Origin: Utricularia gibba
Taxonomy: Eukaryota; Plantae; Magnoliophyta
DNA length: 64,000 nucleotides
Reading direction: 5' to 3'
Assembly: GCA_002189035.1 (NCBI GenBank)
Contig: NEEC01000010.1
Span: 3,410,001-3,474,000 of the forward strand
Shown here: positions 47,020 through 62,445 of the stretch, one piece after another
Numbering within the stretch: position 1 is the stretch's first letter
Layout: each line of letters begins with the position of its first letter
Made by a program: the position numbers and the translations under genes
Notes under the pieces: generated by a model
Databases searched by the model: none
What the model was told of the DNA's origin: nothing
The model's input: the letters and a program-made list of their open reading frames with translations, nothing else

Positions 47020-48339
47020 TCAGGGACTGGTGAGATTTCTCGAGAGGAGGATTCCTTCAAATGTGATCCCTGGCCCAAAGGCGAGCATCAAACCCCACTC
47101 CTCCTCTCCTTGTTCCAGCATGTATTCCAGCACATAAACAATGGTGTTACTACTAGCATTCCCATAATCAGCCAAAGCTCTTCTACTAGCGCTCAGCTTC
47201 TCCGGCCAAAGCTCCAGTCTTTTTTCCAAACGGTTCAAGATGGCAGGTCCCCCTGGATGCACAGCCCAAAACATATTGTTAAAATCATCCTTCGACAGTT
47301 GCCCAAATCTCATCAACTTCAAGCAGAAATCTTCGATGTTGTCTTCGATAATCTGCGGCAGCTGCTTTTCCAGCCTGAAACTTATCCCTTCTTCCGTGAG
47401 TTTTCCATCTATCACCTTGTCTGTACCGGGCAAGAATTTCTGCATAGCTACGTGGAGTTCAAACAGAGGGGTCTCTGTTTCTTTCCAAGGGTTCGTCCCA
47501 ATGGTCATGGCGCCTGCCCCATCACCAAACAGAGCCACGCCCACCTGTTCAAATTTTCACAGTGTGTTCAGTACTTGACAATTTCATTTCGGAGTTTCGT
47601 GAAACATTACCAAATCGTAAGGCCGATCAGCACTTGGCGGCTTGAATCCTATGATGGTTGTTTCAGAAGTAGCCAACAGCACTCTGCTGCCAGGGTTATT
47701 CTCCGCTATGTCCTTTGCTACCCGGATTCCGGCAACCCCGCCGGAGCAACCAGAGAAATAGAGCATGGTTCTCTGGGTTTGGGGCCGTAGACCGAGAGCT
47801 TGTGCGAGATAGAGATCGCCGCCCGGAAGCCTGGCTTCACTGGAGGAAATGTAAACAAGATGAGTGACGTCTGAAACAGGTCTTCCCCATTTAGCAATGC
47901 AGGATCTTGAAGCTTCAACTGCCATCTCTGTGACTGCAGAATTGCAAATTTCCAGTCGTTGCTGCACCGTGGGATGACCTTCAATTGCTAGCTCTGGATA
48001 CTTTGAAAGTAGTTCCTCTGACATGACGACATATCTAGTCTTCACTGTGGTTGACTTGCCTTGAAACCAGGCAGCAACAAGGATGTATCAATGACCTAGT
48101 AGTTAGTTGAGTGTAAGAAGGGTGGGAGAAGGGGGAGTGAGCTTACATAACTTTGTGAGCTTTTCCTTGAGCTCAGGATCATGGCAATTAGTGTTCTTGA
48201 AATAGCCATCGACGAGAAAATCCTGCATGACGAGCTGCTGAGGAAATGCCTTGCCCAGAGCCAAAATAGCGGCGTTCTTGGAATCCATTTTCGCCATCAC
48301 CCGGAGGCTGTTGCCCTGAAACGAGTTGCTTGTATCCAT
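47020..48339 (-). CDS. LAP5: Anther-type type III polyketide synthase, PKSB/LAP5-like (3 exons)
   Basis: ILALGKAFPQQLVMQDFLVDGYF, KTRYVVMSEE, SSSEARLPGGDLYLA, YFSGCSGGVAG (catalytic Cys), WAVHPGGPAILN (His/Asn), AFGPGITFEG. Confidence 0.93.
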
Positions 48340-49436
48340 CCATCCCTGATATTTATGGAATAAGTTGTTGTTGTTGTTGTTGTTGTGTATTGTGAAGGGA
48401 TGAACGCACCACCACCTAGAAGAAATGATGTGGCGAGCAGGAAGGGGTGGGGCGGGGTTTTAGGTGGGAATTGGGCGTGGTTGTGCGTAGATCATGCGGA
48501 TGTTGCTGCCGCCTTGGTTACTGTTGACTGGTTTTAGTTGGGGGAGGCATGTGCAGAGCGGTGTATTGGAATTGGAATTGGAAGGGGCCTGCCTGCCTGC
48601 CTTCCTGCCTTGATCACATACCATGGGAGCTGCAGTGCAGCGCTGCGCAGCGCAGCAGGCCCCCAGTTCACCAACTCCTCATCCTTTCCGATTGTTATTC
48701 AACTGTTGTAGTTGAGTTGATTGGGCCTGGGCATGCGGAGAGGGAGAGGGAGATGAAGATCCCATGCGTCCGTTCCTTAGCATGTGCCATCCAGCAACTT
48801 GCGCTGCCTCTCAAGTCGTCCCCTGCCTGTCTCCCTCTCTTCAAAATGGAAATGGAAAGGAAGTCAATTACGGTACGGTTTGCTGGGATTGGAATTCCAC
48901 CAGTCAAAGGGAACATTCAAGTGCTTTTAACACCCACCCACCCACACACACACATCTGACTTTTACTTTTCATACGCTACCAGGCCAGCCCAGGCACCTT
49001 TTTAATTTTACACACGACCACAACAAATCCGATACTTCCTCCTCCACTTGCCGTCTTCCGTTTCTACCCTTTCTTTTTCATGAAATTCTTGGAATACCTT
49101 CCTTCGCACTCCTGACTCCACCGTGTGTTGTCGTTTGATGAGCAAGATCTAGATGCGTTTTTTGTTTTTGCAGTTAAATTGGAAAAACAAAACATATAGT
49201 TTATCACTACTATAATTGGAGAGGGCCAGGGGGAGGGTGGTATGGCCCACGATGCTCCTCCTTTCAAGGACCAGCCTTGAGACTGTAGGTCACGGCCTAC
49301 GTGGCCCGCCCCTTGGCTTGGCCCAATTCACAAATAAATACCCCCACCCCCTCCCACATCAATCGCATCCCCGCCGACTTCTCCAAAACCCTTTCTTCCT
49401 TTTTTCGAAACTTCAGCGCTCGCTCGCTCCGGGACA

Positions 49437-49754
49437 ATGGCGATCAAGAGGTGCAATAAGCAGGCTCAAACGGCGGCGTTGAGGAAGATTCTGAAGAGGT
49501 GTTCGAGCCTGGGGAGGAGAAACAGCGTGGACGATGAGGATTGCCTCCCGGCGGATGTTCCCAGAGGGCATTTCGCGGTCTACGTGGGGGACAACAGGAG
49601 CCGCTACATCATTCCGATTTCTTTCCTCTCCCGGCCGGAGTTCCAGGGTCTTCTGCAGCGAGCGGAGGAGGAATTCGGATTCGACCACGAAATGGGGCTC
49701 ACCCTCCCCTGCGAGGAACTCCATTTCCGATCCCTCACTTCGATGCTCCGATGA
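49437..49754 (+). CDS. SAUR: Small auxin-up RNA protein (SAUR50/51-like), intronless
   Basis: [50 protein letters not shown]. Confidence 0.95.
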   Translation: MAIKRCNKQAQTAALRKILKRCSSLGRRNSVDDEDCLPADVPRGHFAVYVGDNRSRYIIPISFLSRPEFQGLLQRAEEEFGFDHEMGLTLPCEELHFRSLTSMLR

Positions 49755-51412
49755 GATAGGCGTATTAGTTAGGGTTTTTTCGTTTTCATTTGGGGTGGGT
49801 TTGTAATTCTGTGTGAGGGGGAAGAGGGAGGTGCGGCTGCACCCATCCATCCCTCAGAGAATCGATCGATCGATCGATCGGATTTTGCCGTCCATCTTGT
49901 AGTTTTTCCCCAATCCACGCCTCTGCTAGGGTGGGTGATTATTATGATTAACAATAATGGGCGCTTGCCCCGACTCAAGAAACAGCAACTTTGAAGCCCG
50001 CCCCAAACCGGGAATTGATTTTAGTTTCAAAGTGTTTTGAGGATGGATGGACCAAAATACGACGACGAATACATGCAATTTTGCAGTTGATGAGCAATCA
50101 CTGCAGTTTCATGTATCCAGATGAGAAGAAAAAAAGTAGCAAGGTTCCGGTTGTTGGGCTGCAGGGGACCAAAGCGGTGGTAGTGCCTCCGCCTCCGCTG
50201 AAAAGCCCTCTCTCTCTCTGTTTGTCCAAGTGGGCGGCGTGTAGCTCTAGGTAGGAGGAGCCTCCCTCTCGGGTCCTCTCCCTGTGGTCTGATGATATTC
50301 CCTGATACCACCTCCTGATTTTACATGCATAGCCGGTTTGACTGGCTCAACAACATCCGGATGCCCCGCCCAAGGGGGAAACGGCCGGAGAGGACAGGAG
50401 CGTGTTTCAATTCTCAGCCGACCAAGTCATTATCACGTACAACCGGGATAGGTGCCGTGAACCGGTACGGTGTACGAAGCCGACATCAGCCATCAGCCAT
50501 CAGCCACGCCACGCAAGCCTGACGGGTCTCGGTTCGGTTACGTGCAGTAACTGTTGAACGGATTCTCATTCATTCTTTACTCAATAGGCTGGGCATGGGC
50601 ATGGGCATGGGCATGGGATGGATGGGATTGGCAGGGCAGCTGGTCTGGTCTGGTCTGGTCTGGTAGTGAATGCCAAGGCGCTACGGCTACGGCTGCGTTG
50701 GTGTCAGACCAGACCAAATCAAATCTAGCTAGCCTAGGCCCGGAATTGAATTGAGATGAGATCCATGAATGAATTCGTTCGGGTTAGCCCTCTCACAACC
50801 ATCCAGATCGCCTCGAGGCAAGGAACGACACTGTGGTGTAGATCTAGCTGAGATTCAGGAGAACATGGTCGGTCGGTCATACGCTGAAATCTCCGCTCCG
50901 CAACAACACCACTCCACTCAACCCATGGATATACAATACAAGAATCAAGGTGCAGACTGCAGGGGGAATGGAAATTTGACTACATGGTAATCTTTGCCCA
51001 TGGATTGGATGTCAAAAAGGGCGATCACGTCCCATCCCCTATTATACCAAAATGATCTCACAGCGAGCGACCAGCGCAGGAGAGCCCCTCTTTCCGGTGC
51101 AACGGCCTGTCCTGTCCTGGTGGGACATGATCAGATAGATGATCAAGACACTCGCATCCCTGACCTTCTATCCCCATTGCCCTACCCTACCTTAACCAAT
51201 TCTTGCACTTATCCACTCATAACACTGGCAATTTTTCAATCCTTCAGTAAAAGATGACTTGAATCTCAATACAGGGCCGACATAAACACTTACGGCCATG
51301 AATTCACCCAACACTGAAAAATGATGAGCCATGGATACAACCTTTTTGAAGCTTGCACAAACATCCCTCTACTCCGCATTACATCTGCTCAAGAAACCTC
51401 CATCACTTGGTG

Positions 51413-53459
51413 CTACTGCCCCTTGGTCGCCTTGTTCGACTGATTGGCTTGTGGTTGCTGTTGCAGCTGATGGACGTGGGCTTGCACACCCTGCTGCTGC
51501 TCTAGATGGAGTTGAGACATCTGAGGGCTGATTGAAAGTTGCTGAAACTTTGAGGCATCTCCGTTCGATTCAGCAGAGGAGAGTTTCAACCGTTGCACCT
51601 CCGCTGTCAAAGCTTCGTTCAGCGCTAACACATCCAAGTTGAAAACATTGTAAGTTTTGATAAAATCATGTAACAGAAAGTCAAGTTATATAGGTCTGAG
51701 CCATATTCCACATGCTTGCAAAAGTCTAAGAACAAATAGTCGCAAATAATGACTACAATTCTCATACAAACTTGTACCATCACGGAGCTGTGCCTGCTGC
51801 TCCATGGCTTGCAACCGGAACTTCAGCTCATTGTTCTGTGTAGTAAGTCCCGCAGAGTCACGCTAAAAAATACCATACAACGACCTTTAGTGATCAAAAG
51901 ATATCACTGCAAAAACTGGTACGGCAAGCCGATCAATTCTGAGGGGTTCACCTGAAGCAGAGTAAGCTGCGCAGACAGTGTGGTTGCTTCTGTCTGTAAA
52001 GTCTGGACTTTGTGTTCCAATTCTGCAATATACCGCATTTTTCTCTCCTTTGACCTGGCAGCTGATTGCCGGTTTGCTAATATCCTAAAGATGAAAAGGC
52101 AAAGGAAACCAAGTTAAAAGCGTATTCGCAGACAATCACACGCACAGGAAGCCAGCTAAGGATGTAGCACCTCTTCACCCGCTTCGGGTCACTGCTTGCA
52201 ATCTCCGCTAGTTTTTCATTGGCCATGATCCTTTTAATTTCAGCACCAGAAAACTCCCCGTTCCCGAAATCCAAGCTAACTGCATTATCATCAGAATCAA
52301 GTGAATCTGCACGCGAGAGTTTTGCAGGTTGCATCCCTGGGGAAGGAGGCATTTTGGGTGACTCATCACTAAAATTTAGTTTCCCCATAAAGCTGTCCAT
52401 GGAGATACTTCTATGATGTCGAGTAGTTAGAGGAGTAGCATCTCCCACAGCGTTCCTCTTAGTTCCTTCTCTCTTCCTGGAGAATGTAGGCATGCCATAT
52501 CCTTGCTTGCTGCTCCCACATTCATTGACACTACCACTAGTTGCTTCGTTATCACTGCTGTTGTTTGTCTTCGTACCACTGGCTCTACTATCCAAATCCT
52601 CTCGATAATCATTTCCCAGCTTGTCATCCGTCCCAGAAGAGTTGAAGGCATCAATGCTGTCCAAGTTCATGTAAGCAGAGAACAGATCATCAACCACTTC
52701 CCCTTCAGTTTTCCTCTCCCCCATGCCATCAGCGATGTTATCTCCTCCTCTCTCCAACATCGATTCCATTCTGGACAAACGAACAGACGGGGATTCTGAA
52801 CCATCTTTTCCAATCATCGGCTTGTACAATACACCAGGATTCCTCATTGGAACGATAGGTGGTGGAGACTGCACAGCGGCCGAGAATCCAAAAGGAATAT
52901 CACTGTTTGATCTTCTATGAGCCTTACGAGGAGGAAGGCTTTCACCATGTCTGGATGAACTACATCTAGTGAAAGGTGAGGGAGGCAAACTTGAGTTTGC
53001 CATACCATCCGTCCCCTCCATGGAGACATCACCGGAGACCACATCCAGCAAATTAGAAGGGGAGTCTCGATACTGGGAAGGGATGAGCGGAGGCAGTGCA
53101 TCAACCCCAAAAAAGCCAGTTTGCGACACAGGCCTCGTCGGTGATGGGCTTGGAATGGTACTGAAACTCTGCAATCCAACTTGCTGATCGAGATATCGGT
53201 TGGCTGAAATCGACGAGTAAGGTGAGAGTGGAGGTATTTGAGGGTGTGAGGGAGAAAATCCAGGCTTTTTGCCACAATCTTCCATCCCTAAATAAGGGAG
53301 GCTGTGCCGCGCCTGACCGCGCAACTGTGCTATTTGTAGCTGAGGTACACTGCCTTGATCAACTGCAAATAATTCCTGGTTCTGAGCAGCGAAGGAAGAC
53401 GATGATGCCCCAAATGAAGATTGGAGCCTTTGCCCTGTACTTCCATTAACACCTGCCAT
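51413..53459 (-). CDS. Group I bZIP transcription factor, bZIP29-like
   Basis: [59 protein letters not shown] | [15 protein letters not shown] (group I Lys-type basic region), leucine zipper, Q-rich tail. Confidence 0.9.
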
Positions 53460-54176
53460 TCTCTCCACTCCAGACTCTTCACTTGTCGACGAGAGAAAAA
53501 GAAAAACCTGCACGTCCCATCAATTCACCAAAAAATCAACAACAAGACTAAATCGCAGCCCAATTCCTAAAAAAGCACCATCAACTATCTAGGCCACGAA
53601 GTCAACAAAATATTCAACACAAACCCAAAACTCGAAAAAAACTAAAACAAAAAAGAGAGGGAGAGTTAGATTCCGGGCAGCGAAAAGAAAGCGGGATACC
53701 AGAGCAGGGAGGAAAATGATCAAGAACTGGGATGGGCGTATCGGAAGCGGAAGTGCGAGTGCCTACTTATCTGGTGGGTATTCATTCCTATGGCTCTGTA
53801 CCCTGCGGGAGCAGAGAGGAGTGAGAAAGAGAGAGAGAGAGCGAGCGATGGGTACACATGTACGCGGATTTCGCGGTGCGATTTGCCTTTATTCTCCAAA
53901 ACGCGTTGATTTTTGGATGAACTGGATAGGAGGAGTGCCTGGACGTTCATTTGGAGTGCATCTGCATTTGGGATTCATTTCATTTTCATTCCGCCGTTCC
54001 CACGCAGTCTCCCTAACGAAATCTTGCTTTCGCCATCCCCCTTTTTTTTCCTTTATTTTTTTTTTATTGCATGCGTAAATAATCCACGAATTCTGGAACA
54101 ACAGAAGGGAATTATGATTAACATTAAGCTTGGCCCTTTCGTCTTTTCTTCACATAAGTGGATGCGGCTGCGGATC

Positions 54177-54185
54177 AAACCCTAA
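54177..54185 (+). promoter_or_regulatory. Telo-box upstream of eIF4B
   Basis: AAACCCTAA about 80 bp before the eIF4B ATG, typical of translation-machinery genes. Confidence 0.55.
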
Positions 54186-54261
54186 TTTGCTTCTCTTAGC
54201 GTGGAACACACGCAGATTTCTCACAAAAACCTATCCTATCGGTTGGGAGGTGCTGCCTACA

Positions 54262-55751
54262 ATGGCGGCAACGGTGAGCGCCTGGGGAAAGCCCGGAGGA
54301 TGGGCTCTGGACGCAGAGGAGAACGATGAAGACCACACCCGCCTTGCCAAGGAAGATTCCTCTGCGGCTAACCACGAATCCGCTGACACCGAAGCGCCTG
54401 ATTTTCCATCTCTGTCGGCTGCCGTCACCATCAAAGCAAAGAAGAAGAAGGGGCAGACGTTGTCACTCCAGCAGTTCTCCAACTATGGCCTGGGTAAGCC
54501 TGCGGCGCTTGAATCCAAGGGATTGACTCCCGATGAGCTTAAGATGCTTCCGACCGGTCCTCGTCAGCGATCAGCGGAGGAACTCGATCGGAATAAGCTG
54601 GGTGGCGGATTCCGATCTTTCGGAGGCGCTCCCAGGGACGACCAGTCCCGCAGAAGCTTCAACAGGGAAACGAATCGCGAGTTTGCGCCATCCAGAGCTG
54701 ATGAAGCTGATGATTGGGGAGCGAAAAAGAAATTTACTTCCGGCGGTGGATTTGACCGGAACGAGAGAGGAGAAAGGGGAAGTTTCTTCTCGGACTCTCA
54801 GTCGAGAGCTGATGATGTCGATAATTGGGCTTCTCAAAAGAATTTTTTGCCATCGGATTCGAGGAAGAGTGAACGGAAGCCGGGATTTGGATTTGATTCA
54901 GGCAGCGGTGGCGCGGATTCTAGTAGCTGGGTGAAGCGGAAGGAGGAGGAGGGGCGGAAGGTTGGCGGAGCTTTTGAAAGCTTGAGGGACAGGAGGGGGG
55001 CTTCGAGCCGAGCAGAGTCGATTCCGAGAGCTGGGGAAGGAAGAAGGAAGACGTTAGTTTTTCAACTAGGCCAAAACTGAACTTGCAGCCTAGAACTCTC
55101 CCTGTGGATGAAGACCAAAATGTGGAGACTGTTAATGCTACCAAACCAAAAATTAGCAGCCCATTTGGGGAAGCTCGTCCGAGAGAGGAAGTTTTGAAGG
55201 AGAAAGGCCAAGATTGGAAGGACATTGATAAAAAGCTCGAGTCTTTGAAAACCAAAGAGGTTGTTCATTCAGGGGCGAACAATGGATCAAATGCAAAAAT
55301 AGGATTTTCGGGTGGCAACCGTGAAGATAGGCTTCAAGAAGGCAAGGCTGATAGGCCTTGGAGGAAGTTGGGGTCAGATGGTTCTCGTCCTATTAGGTCA
55401 GTGTCTTAACTGGGGAAACCATCGAATACTATTTATCGGAGGCCGGAGCCTTGTGTTGGTTTTATGGTTTCTTTGTCATTCCACTGTTAGTTGTTACATT
55501 CTGTTTTCTGTTTGCATTTTACCATGTGTGTAGAGGTTGCATTTAGCTTACTAGACTTGTATTGTGTGTAACTGTATATACAGAATGATTGCGTCTATTC
55601 GGATCCAAGATTGCTTCTTTTTTAAATTAGCAGATCTTTAATTCATGGTTTTTTCATTGAATGTTACAGCGATGATGAAATAAAGAACGGGATTCCTGAG
55701 AACAATGAAGCAGGAGAGGAGGGGGACTTGGAAGGAGGCCCTCGGATGTGA
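54262..55751 (+). CDS. EIF4B: Plant eukaryotic translation initiation factor 4B (eIF4B3-like)
   Basis: MAATVSAWGKPGGWALDAEE, FPSLSAA, KKKKGQTLSL, MLPTGPRQR, SRADEADDWG, RPKLNLQPRTLP, SPFGEARPREEVLKEKG. One missing G at 54995-55000. Confidence 0.88.
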
Positions 55752-56471
55752 TGAGGGCTAAGGCAAATTTTGACCGCTAAATAATATTTTAATTTTCTTC
55801 AAGAGGTGAGTTGCGCTGGCCAGAAGACCGTAGAACCAGCGATTTCCAGTGATGGTTACTTATGCAGTGTTAATACCTGTGGTCGTGGCCTGCTTTCATT
55901 TCCATGTCTCATGGTATCATGACTTGGGATAAATCTGGTGAACAAGAATCCAAATTTCACAATCCTAGCTTCCAACATGATACACACACCATTACATTTG
56001 CGGAAGCTGGAAAAAGTTGCCATCATCGAGTCAGGAGAGATAACTGAAAGCAAGTGAGAAGACTGCACCCGCACCCGAATCCAACAAGCCATTTCTGTTT
56101 TTACCTTGTTCTGTATGGCTAGCGCGTTAGCCGGTTACTGATTCTTTTCTTCGGCATGGCAATGGTTTGCTGCACTTCACTATAAGCTGTCCTTTTTGAT
56201 GCACGGATTTGCGTTGTAGATTGATGAAGGTTTACCGCAGGCTCCAGATAGAAAGGAGGCTAGAAACAAACCACCAACGGCCTATCTGGTTTTTTCCCCC
56301 CTCATTTAACCGCTGGGCTTGATGGATGGACTTCTTTATTATATCTGTACTGTGGCCCATTACCCAACATGTCTCAACGTTTCCGATCGGAGAAGAGAGG
56401 GAAAGCAGGGCACGAATTCTTGAGACTTGGGGATCGCAGTTGAGCGCCACAGTATTTTGTTTTTCGGAGAA

Positions 56472-57765
56472 ATGGCTAGATATGACAGAGCAATCACTGT
56501 ATTCTCGCCGGACGGTCACCTATTTCAGGTAGAGTATGCCCTTGAAGCCGTGCGCAAAGGGAACGCAGCGGTCGGAGTCCGAGGCACGGATGTCATCGTG
56601 CTTGCCGTTGAGAAAAAGTCAACTCCCAAGCTTCAAGATTCAAGGTTCGTTCCTTCTTCTTGTCTCTCCAAACGATCTTCTGATCATTGCTGATGATTTT
56701 TCCTCTGTTATTATACGGTGATGAGATTGCTGAGCCAATTCGATGCGATATAAATGTCGGTTCTGGTGCTGGATGAATTATTTTGCTCTTGCTGAAGAGC
56801 AAGATGCCGAAAAAAGCAGTTTTTTTTCCTTTTACCACTAATGACAAACTTGTGTGCTTGTACTCTGGCCTGCCTGAGAGTGTAGCTTTTCCCTCTATTT
56901 CGTTCTCTGATTGCGGTTGCCCTTGATGTAGCTTTTGCACGACCTACTATGTTTTACACGATTACTGCACCCCAAATCTGTTTCTCATGTTTTATCTTCC
57001 AGATCCGTGAAGAAGATCGTGAATCTAGACGATCATATTGCATTGGCATGTGCTGGTCTGAAAGCAGACGCCCGAGTTTTGATAAACAGGGCCCGGATAG
57101 AATGCCAGAGTTACAAGCTCACTGTTGAAGATCCAGTGACAGTTGAATACATTACACGCTACATTGCTGGGCTTCAGCAGAAATACACACAAAGTGGAGG
57201 TGTAAGGCCTTTCGGCCTATCAACCTTGATTATTGGGTTTGATCCACACACCGGCACTCCGTCACTTTACCAGACTGATCCCTCTGGCACATTTTCCGCT
57301 TGGAAAGCAAATGCTACCGGGAGAAACTCAAACTCCATTCGTGAATTCTTGGAGAAAAATTACAAGGAAACATCTGGTCACGAAACTGTGAAGTTAGCCA
57401 TTCGTGCTTTGATGGAGGTAAGTTGTCGATGATGTTCCTTTACATTTTAACCAAACTCCTTCATTGCGGTTTGTCCAGGAAAAATGTAGGCAAGATAGAG
57501 GGTGATTCATCTTGAGAAGCGGAATTGAAATGATTTGTTCTTGTATATTGCGCTTTCGCTCTACCGGGACCAAGTCTCACTTCCATGTAAAAATATGCAG
57601 GTTGTGGAGAGTGGTGGAAAGAATATCGAAGTCGCTGTGATGACTAAGCAGGATGGACTGCGGCAGCTCGAAGAGGCTGAAATAGATGCTATTGCTGGTG
57701 AGATAGAAGCCGAAAAGGCTGCTGCAGAAGCAGCGAAGAAGGGCCGGGCAGCAACTGAGGCCTAG
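56472..57765 (+). CDS. PAD1: 20S proteasome alpha-4 subunit (alpha type 7), 3 exons
   Basis: [65 protein letters not shown]. Confidence 0.96.
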
Positions 57766-58747
57766 GTATCTTTCTCAGTTTCAATGAATTAGAGCTCAGG
57801 AACACATCCTTCCCAGGTACGGGAGTGTTAAGTCTTTGCCATTCTCATGCTGCTGCTATCTATCCTTCATGCGGGATTGTCCGCCGAATACTACAACTTT
57901 GGGCGGTGGGAAGACGATCTGCCCCTCGTGAGAATTACTTTTTTTTTTTTTTGTTCTATTCTGTCATTCTCAAACAGTGGGTTGGTTGAGCGTGAAGGCT
58001 CCAGCCCTTTATGTTTGTCAGCATACACTTCTGTTCTCTATGAGTAACCAAGAGGTTAGAAACGCCCTTTCTGAACTGAATTTTCTGTTGTTGCAATGGA
58101 GGCCTACCGTGTGGTTCTGTTGCCTGTGTGTGTACCTGTACACAGTCAGAAAGGACTGTTCATTCACCCACCGTATCCCATATCCATCGCGTGGATTCTT
58201 GCTGCTACTTGTTTGTGAGAAGGAACTTCTGTGACTCCATTACTGAAACGAGGATGAATTTTGAGATATAAACAAAAAGGGCAATTTCGAGACTAAAAAT
58301 GAACATCAGAGTTACCAGACTTGACTTGTAATATAAATTTATCCAATTGAATTCCTCAGAAGCGCGGCCACAGCAGTAACCATCTATCCATAGCTGGCCA
58401 AGGAATGGATCTCTCTCTGTTCAATTGAATTCCTCTTTTTTGACTCGCAATCACCAGCTCACTGTTGCCAGCGCCTCCGAATTCGCTCAGGCAGGTGTGT
58501 CTCTCAGCCTTCGTTTCTTGTATTTATCGGAGTAAAAAGATATAATGTGGTTGTTGGGTTTGGTGTCGCGTGATAGGCATTTCCTCTATCCTCGTCGTCG
58601 TAGGTTTTGTAATATATCTGCTTGCCTTTAGATTGATCCCGTGATTCTGGAGATTCCTCCCGCAACTTTTACTTTGTTTTACTGAGTCTGCATCACTTTT
58701 TTCCATTTCTGATTACGTTGCGCTCGGGTGGTGGATCGGCTAACTGA

Positions 58748-60292
<1,545 letters not shown>

Positions 60293-60797
60293 CATGCTTC
60301 TGCTCCAGCTTCAGCTTCAGAATCATAATCAGAATCAGGGACGAGATAAGATTTGTTGTTGTTGTGTTACCGCTGTATGCCTATGATGTCGCCAAGTGCC
60401 AGTCCTGTAATGCTGTTACCTGAACGCCCTGCTAGTATTTGTTTTTCTTCACTTTATTGTAAAATATTCTAAAAAAGGAAAACAAAAAGAAGTAGATTTC
60501 CATTAAAAAAGGCTAATTTCTCTCCGAGTCTCCGTCACCCATTTAATAACTAATCTAAATTAATACGAAAATAATAAAACCCTCACAATTCAGTGGGTCA
60601 GGGCGGCATTGAGAGAAGGTGAATTAGGGTTTGTTGCCGAGGTCCTTCGATCGAATCTCTAGCAGTGGTACTTACGGAAGGTAATCGCGTTTCTTCTTGG
60701 AGCTTGATGTAGCTGACATGATTCGTGCAAGTAAAGTTTACTGCTTGCGTGTATTTATGCGGCGTTCATGATTATAAGGTATTTTTCCCGAAGAAGT

Positions 60798-62297
60798 ATG
60801 GGGGAAGGTGGTGTCGTTCACCCGGATTGCAGAAACGCTTCAAATCCATTCCACGAATGCAGTGAATATTGCTTCAACATTATCGCCGAAGCAAAGAGAC
60901 AGGGGGATAATTCTGATGCGGGTGGGTCTCGGTGTGTGTATTTGGTCTTACTTCATTGTTAAACTTTTTTTTCTATATTTTCATAAGCGTTTGTCACAGG
61001 ATTCATTCTTTCCGGTGTTCCATTGGCTTTTTGATTTATTCACGACTGCGTGAGCGGTTTAAAATATTGATATTTACATGAATTTGTTGCAGGGAGGGCA
61101 TTCTTAGTACTTGTAATACCTTCGTTTTTATTAATTGGCCCCAGGTTTACAAGCCTCTGGTACCAATGATACACCAGATACAATTGCTGCGTCCAATGTT
61201 CAAGAAGGCTCCGATGTTGAACATGATGATGGAGAGCATCAGTCTCATAAGGATGTGGGTATCAATGGCGAAGATGGAGGAGTTGAAGATTCCACTCTTC
61301 TTACAGGGAGGCGGAAGAAGCTCTTTGAGCTGCGGATGAAGATGGTGAGATTAGGGACATCTTTTGTTTGACATGGTTATTGATCTCTCAAGCATGAACA
61401 AGAGGTCCACAGTGTATCCCTAGTGCGTCACATTTACTTTCCTCTTTGCATTTCCTGGGTCTTTTTAATCTCTGGCTTGCCATACACAGAACGAAGCAAG
61501 AAAAGCAAATCAAGCTGCTTTGGTTGCTGAGAAGAAAAAGATGGAGGCGCCAGCAGAATCTAGAGGGATTTCCAAGCAAAAATGGCTCGAGGAGAGGAAA
61601 AAGAAGATCGGGAAACTATTAGATGCTAATGGATTAGATATGAGCAAGGCCTATATGCTGGACACGCAGGAAATGGCCGAATCCAAATACAAGAAGTGGG
61701 AAAAGGAGCCTGCTCCTTCTGGATGGGACGGTATGCCCAGCTTTGTATTTCTTTTTGAGGAGGCCTCTCCGTTGTGTTGATTTTCCGATATCTTTTTTAC
61801 ATTGTGACGACATGTTGGTAATCTGATCGTTTTTTCGGTGTAGTTTTTAACCAAAAAACCTTATATGAAGCATACAAGAAAAGGACAAAAAATATCGAAG
61901 TAGATCTTGATGAGTACAACAGGCAGAAGCAAGCAGACCCAGAATTCTACAGACAGGCTTCAAGTCTTCAATATGGCAAGGTGAGAGACACTCGAATATG
62001 TGATTCCCCCTTCCCATTCATTTTGATTATCTGACAAGCGCGATCCCCGAATTCTGATATTATGAGCAGGCACCGAGCGTCTCACAAGAGAAGATCGATA
62101 AAATGGTGAAGGAACTGAAGGACAGAGAAGAGAAATCAAGGTCCTTTAGCAGAAGGAGAAAGTTCCGGGAGGAAAAGGATATTGACTCGATCAACGACCG
62201 TAACGAGCACTTCAACAAGAAAATCGAACGAGCATTTGGCAAGTATACACTCGAAATCAAGAACAATCTCGAGAGAGGAACTGCTCTGCCAGATTGA
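60798..62297 (+). CDS. SYF2: Pre-mRNA-splicing factor SYF2 (GCIP-interacting family)
   Basis: VHPDCRNASNPFHECSEYC, RKKLFELRMKM, AYMLDTQEMAE, FSRRRKFREEKDIDSINDRNEHFNKKIERAFGKYTLEIKNNLERGTALPD. Confidence 0.92.
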
Positions 62298-62445
62298 TGG
62301 CTTCACAAGCTGAATCTATGAAAAGGAAGTTAAATCCAGGTAACGGTAGTGTTGAGAAAATATTTGGCTTCTCTGAGGTCATTTATCTTCATGTGGTTTG
62401 CTGCAATGCGGTGTAAACACAGTAAGACTCTAGCTTTCCGCATTC

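Noticed and set aside
2311-55000. Calling IDD, DUF620, dUTPase, HKT1-A, TPR, PP2C, C3H and eIF4B pseudogenes
   Set aside because: Each has only isolated -1 lesions with full conservation on both sides; systematic sequencing error is far more parsimonious.
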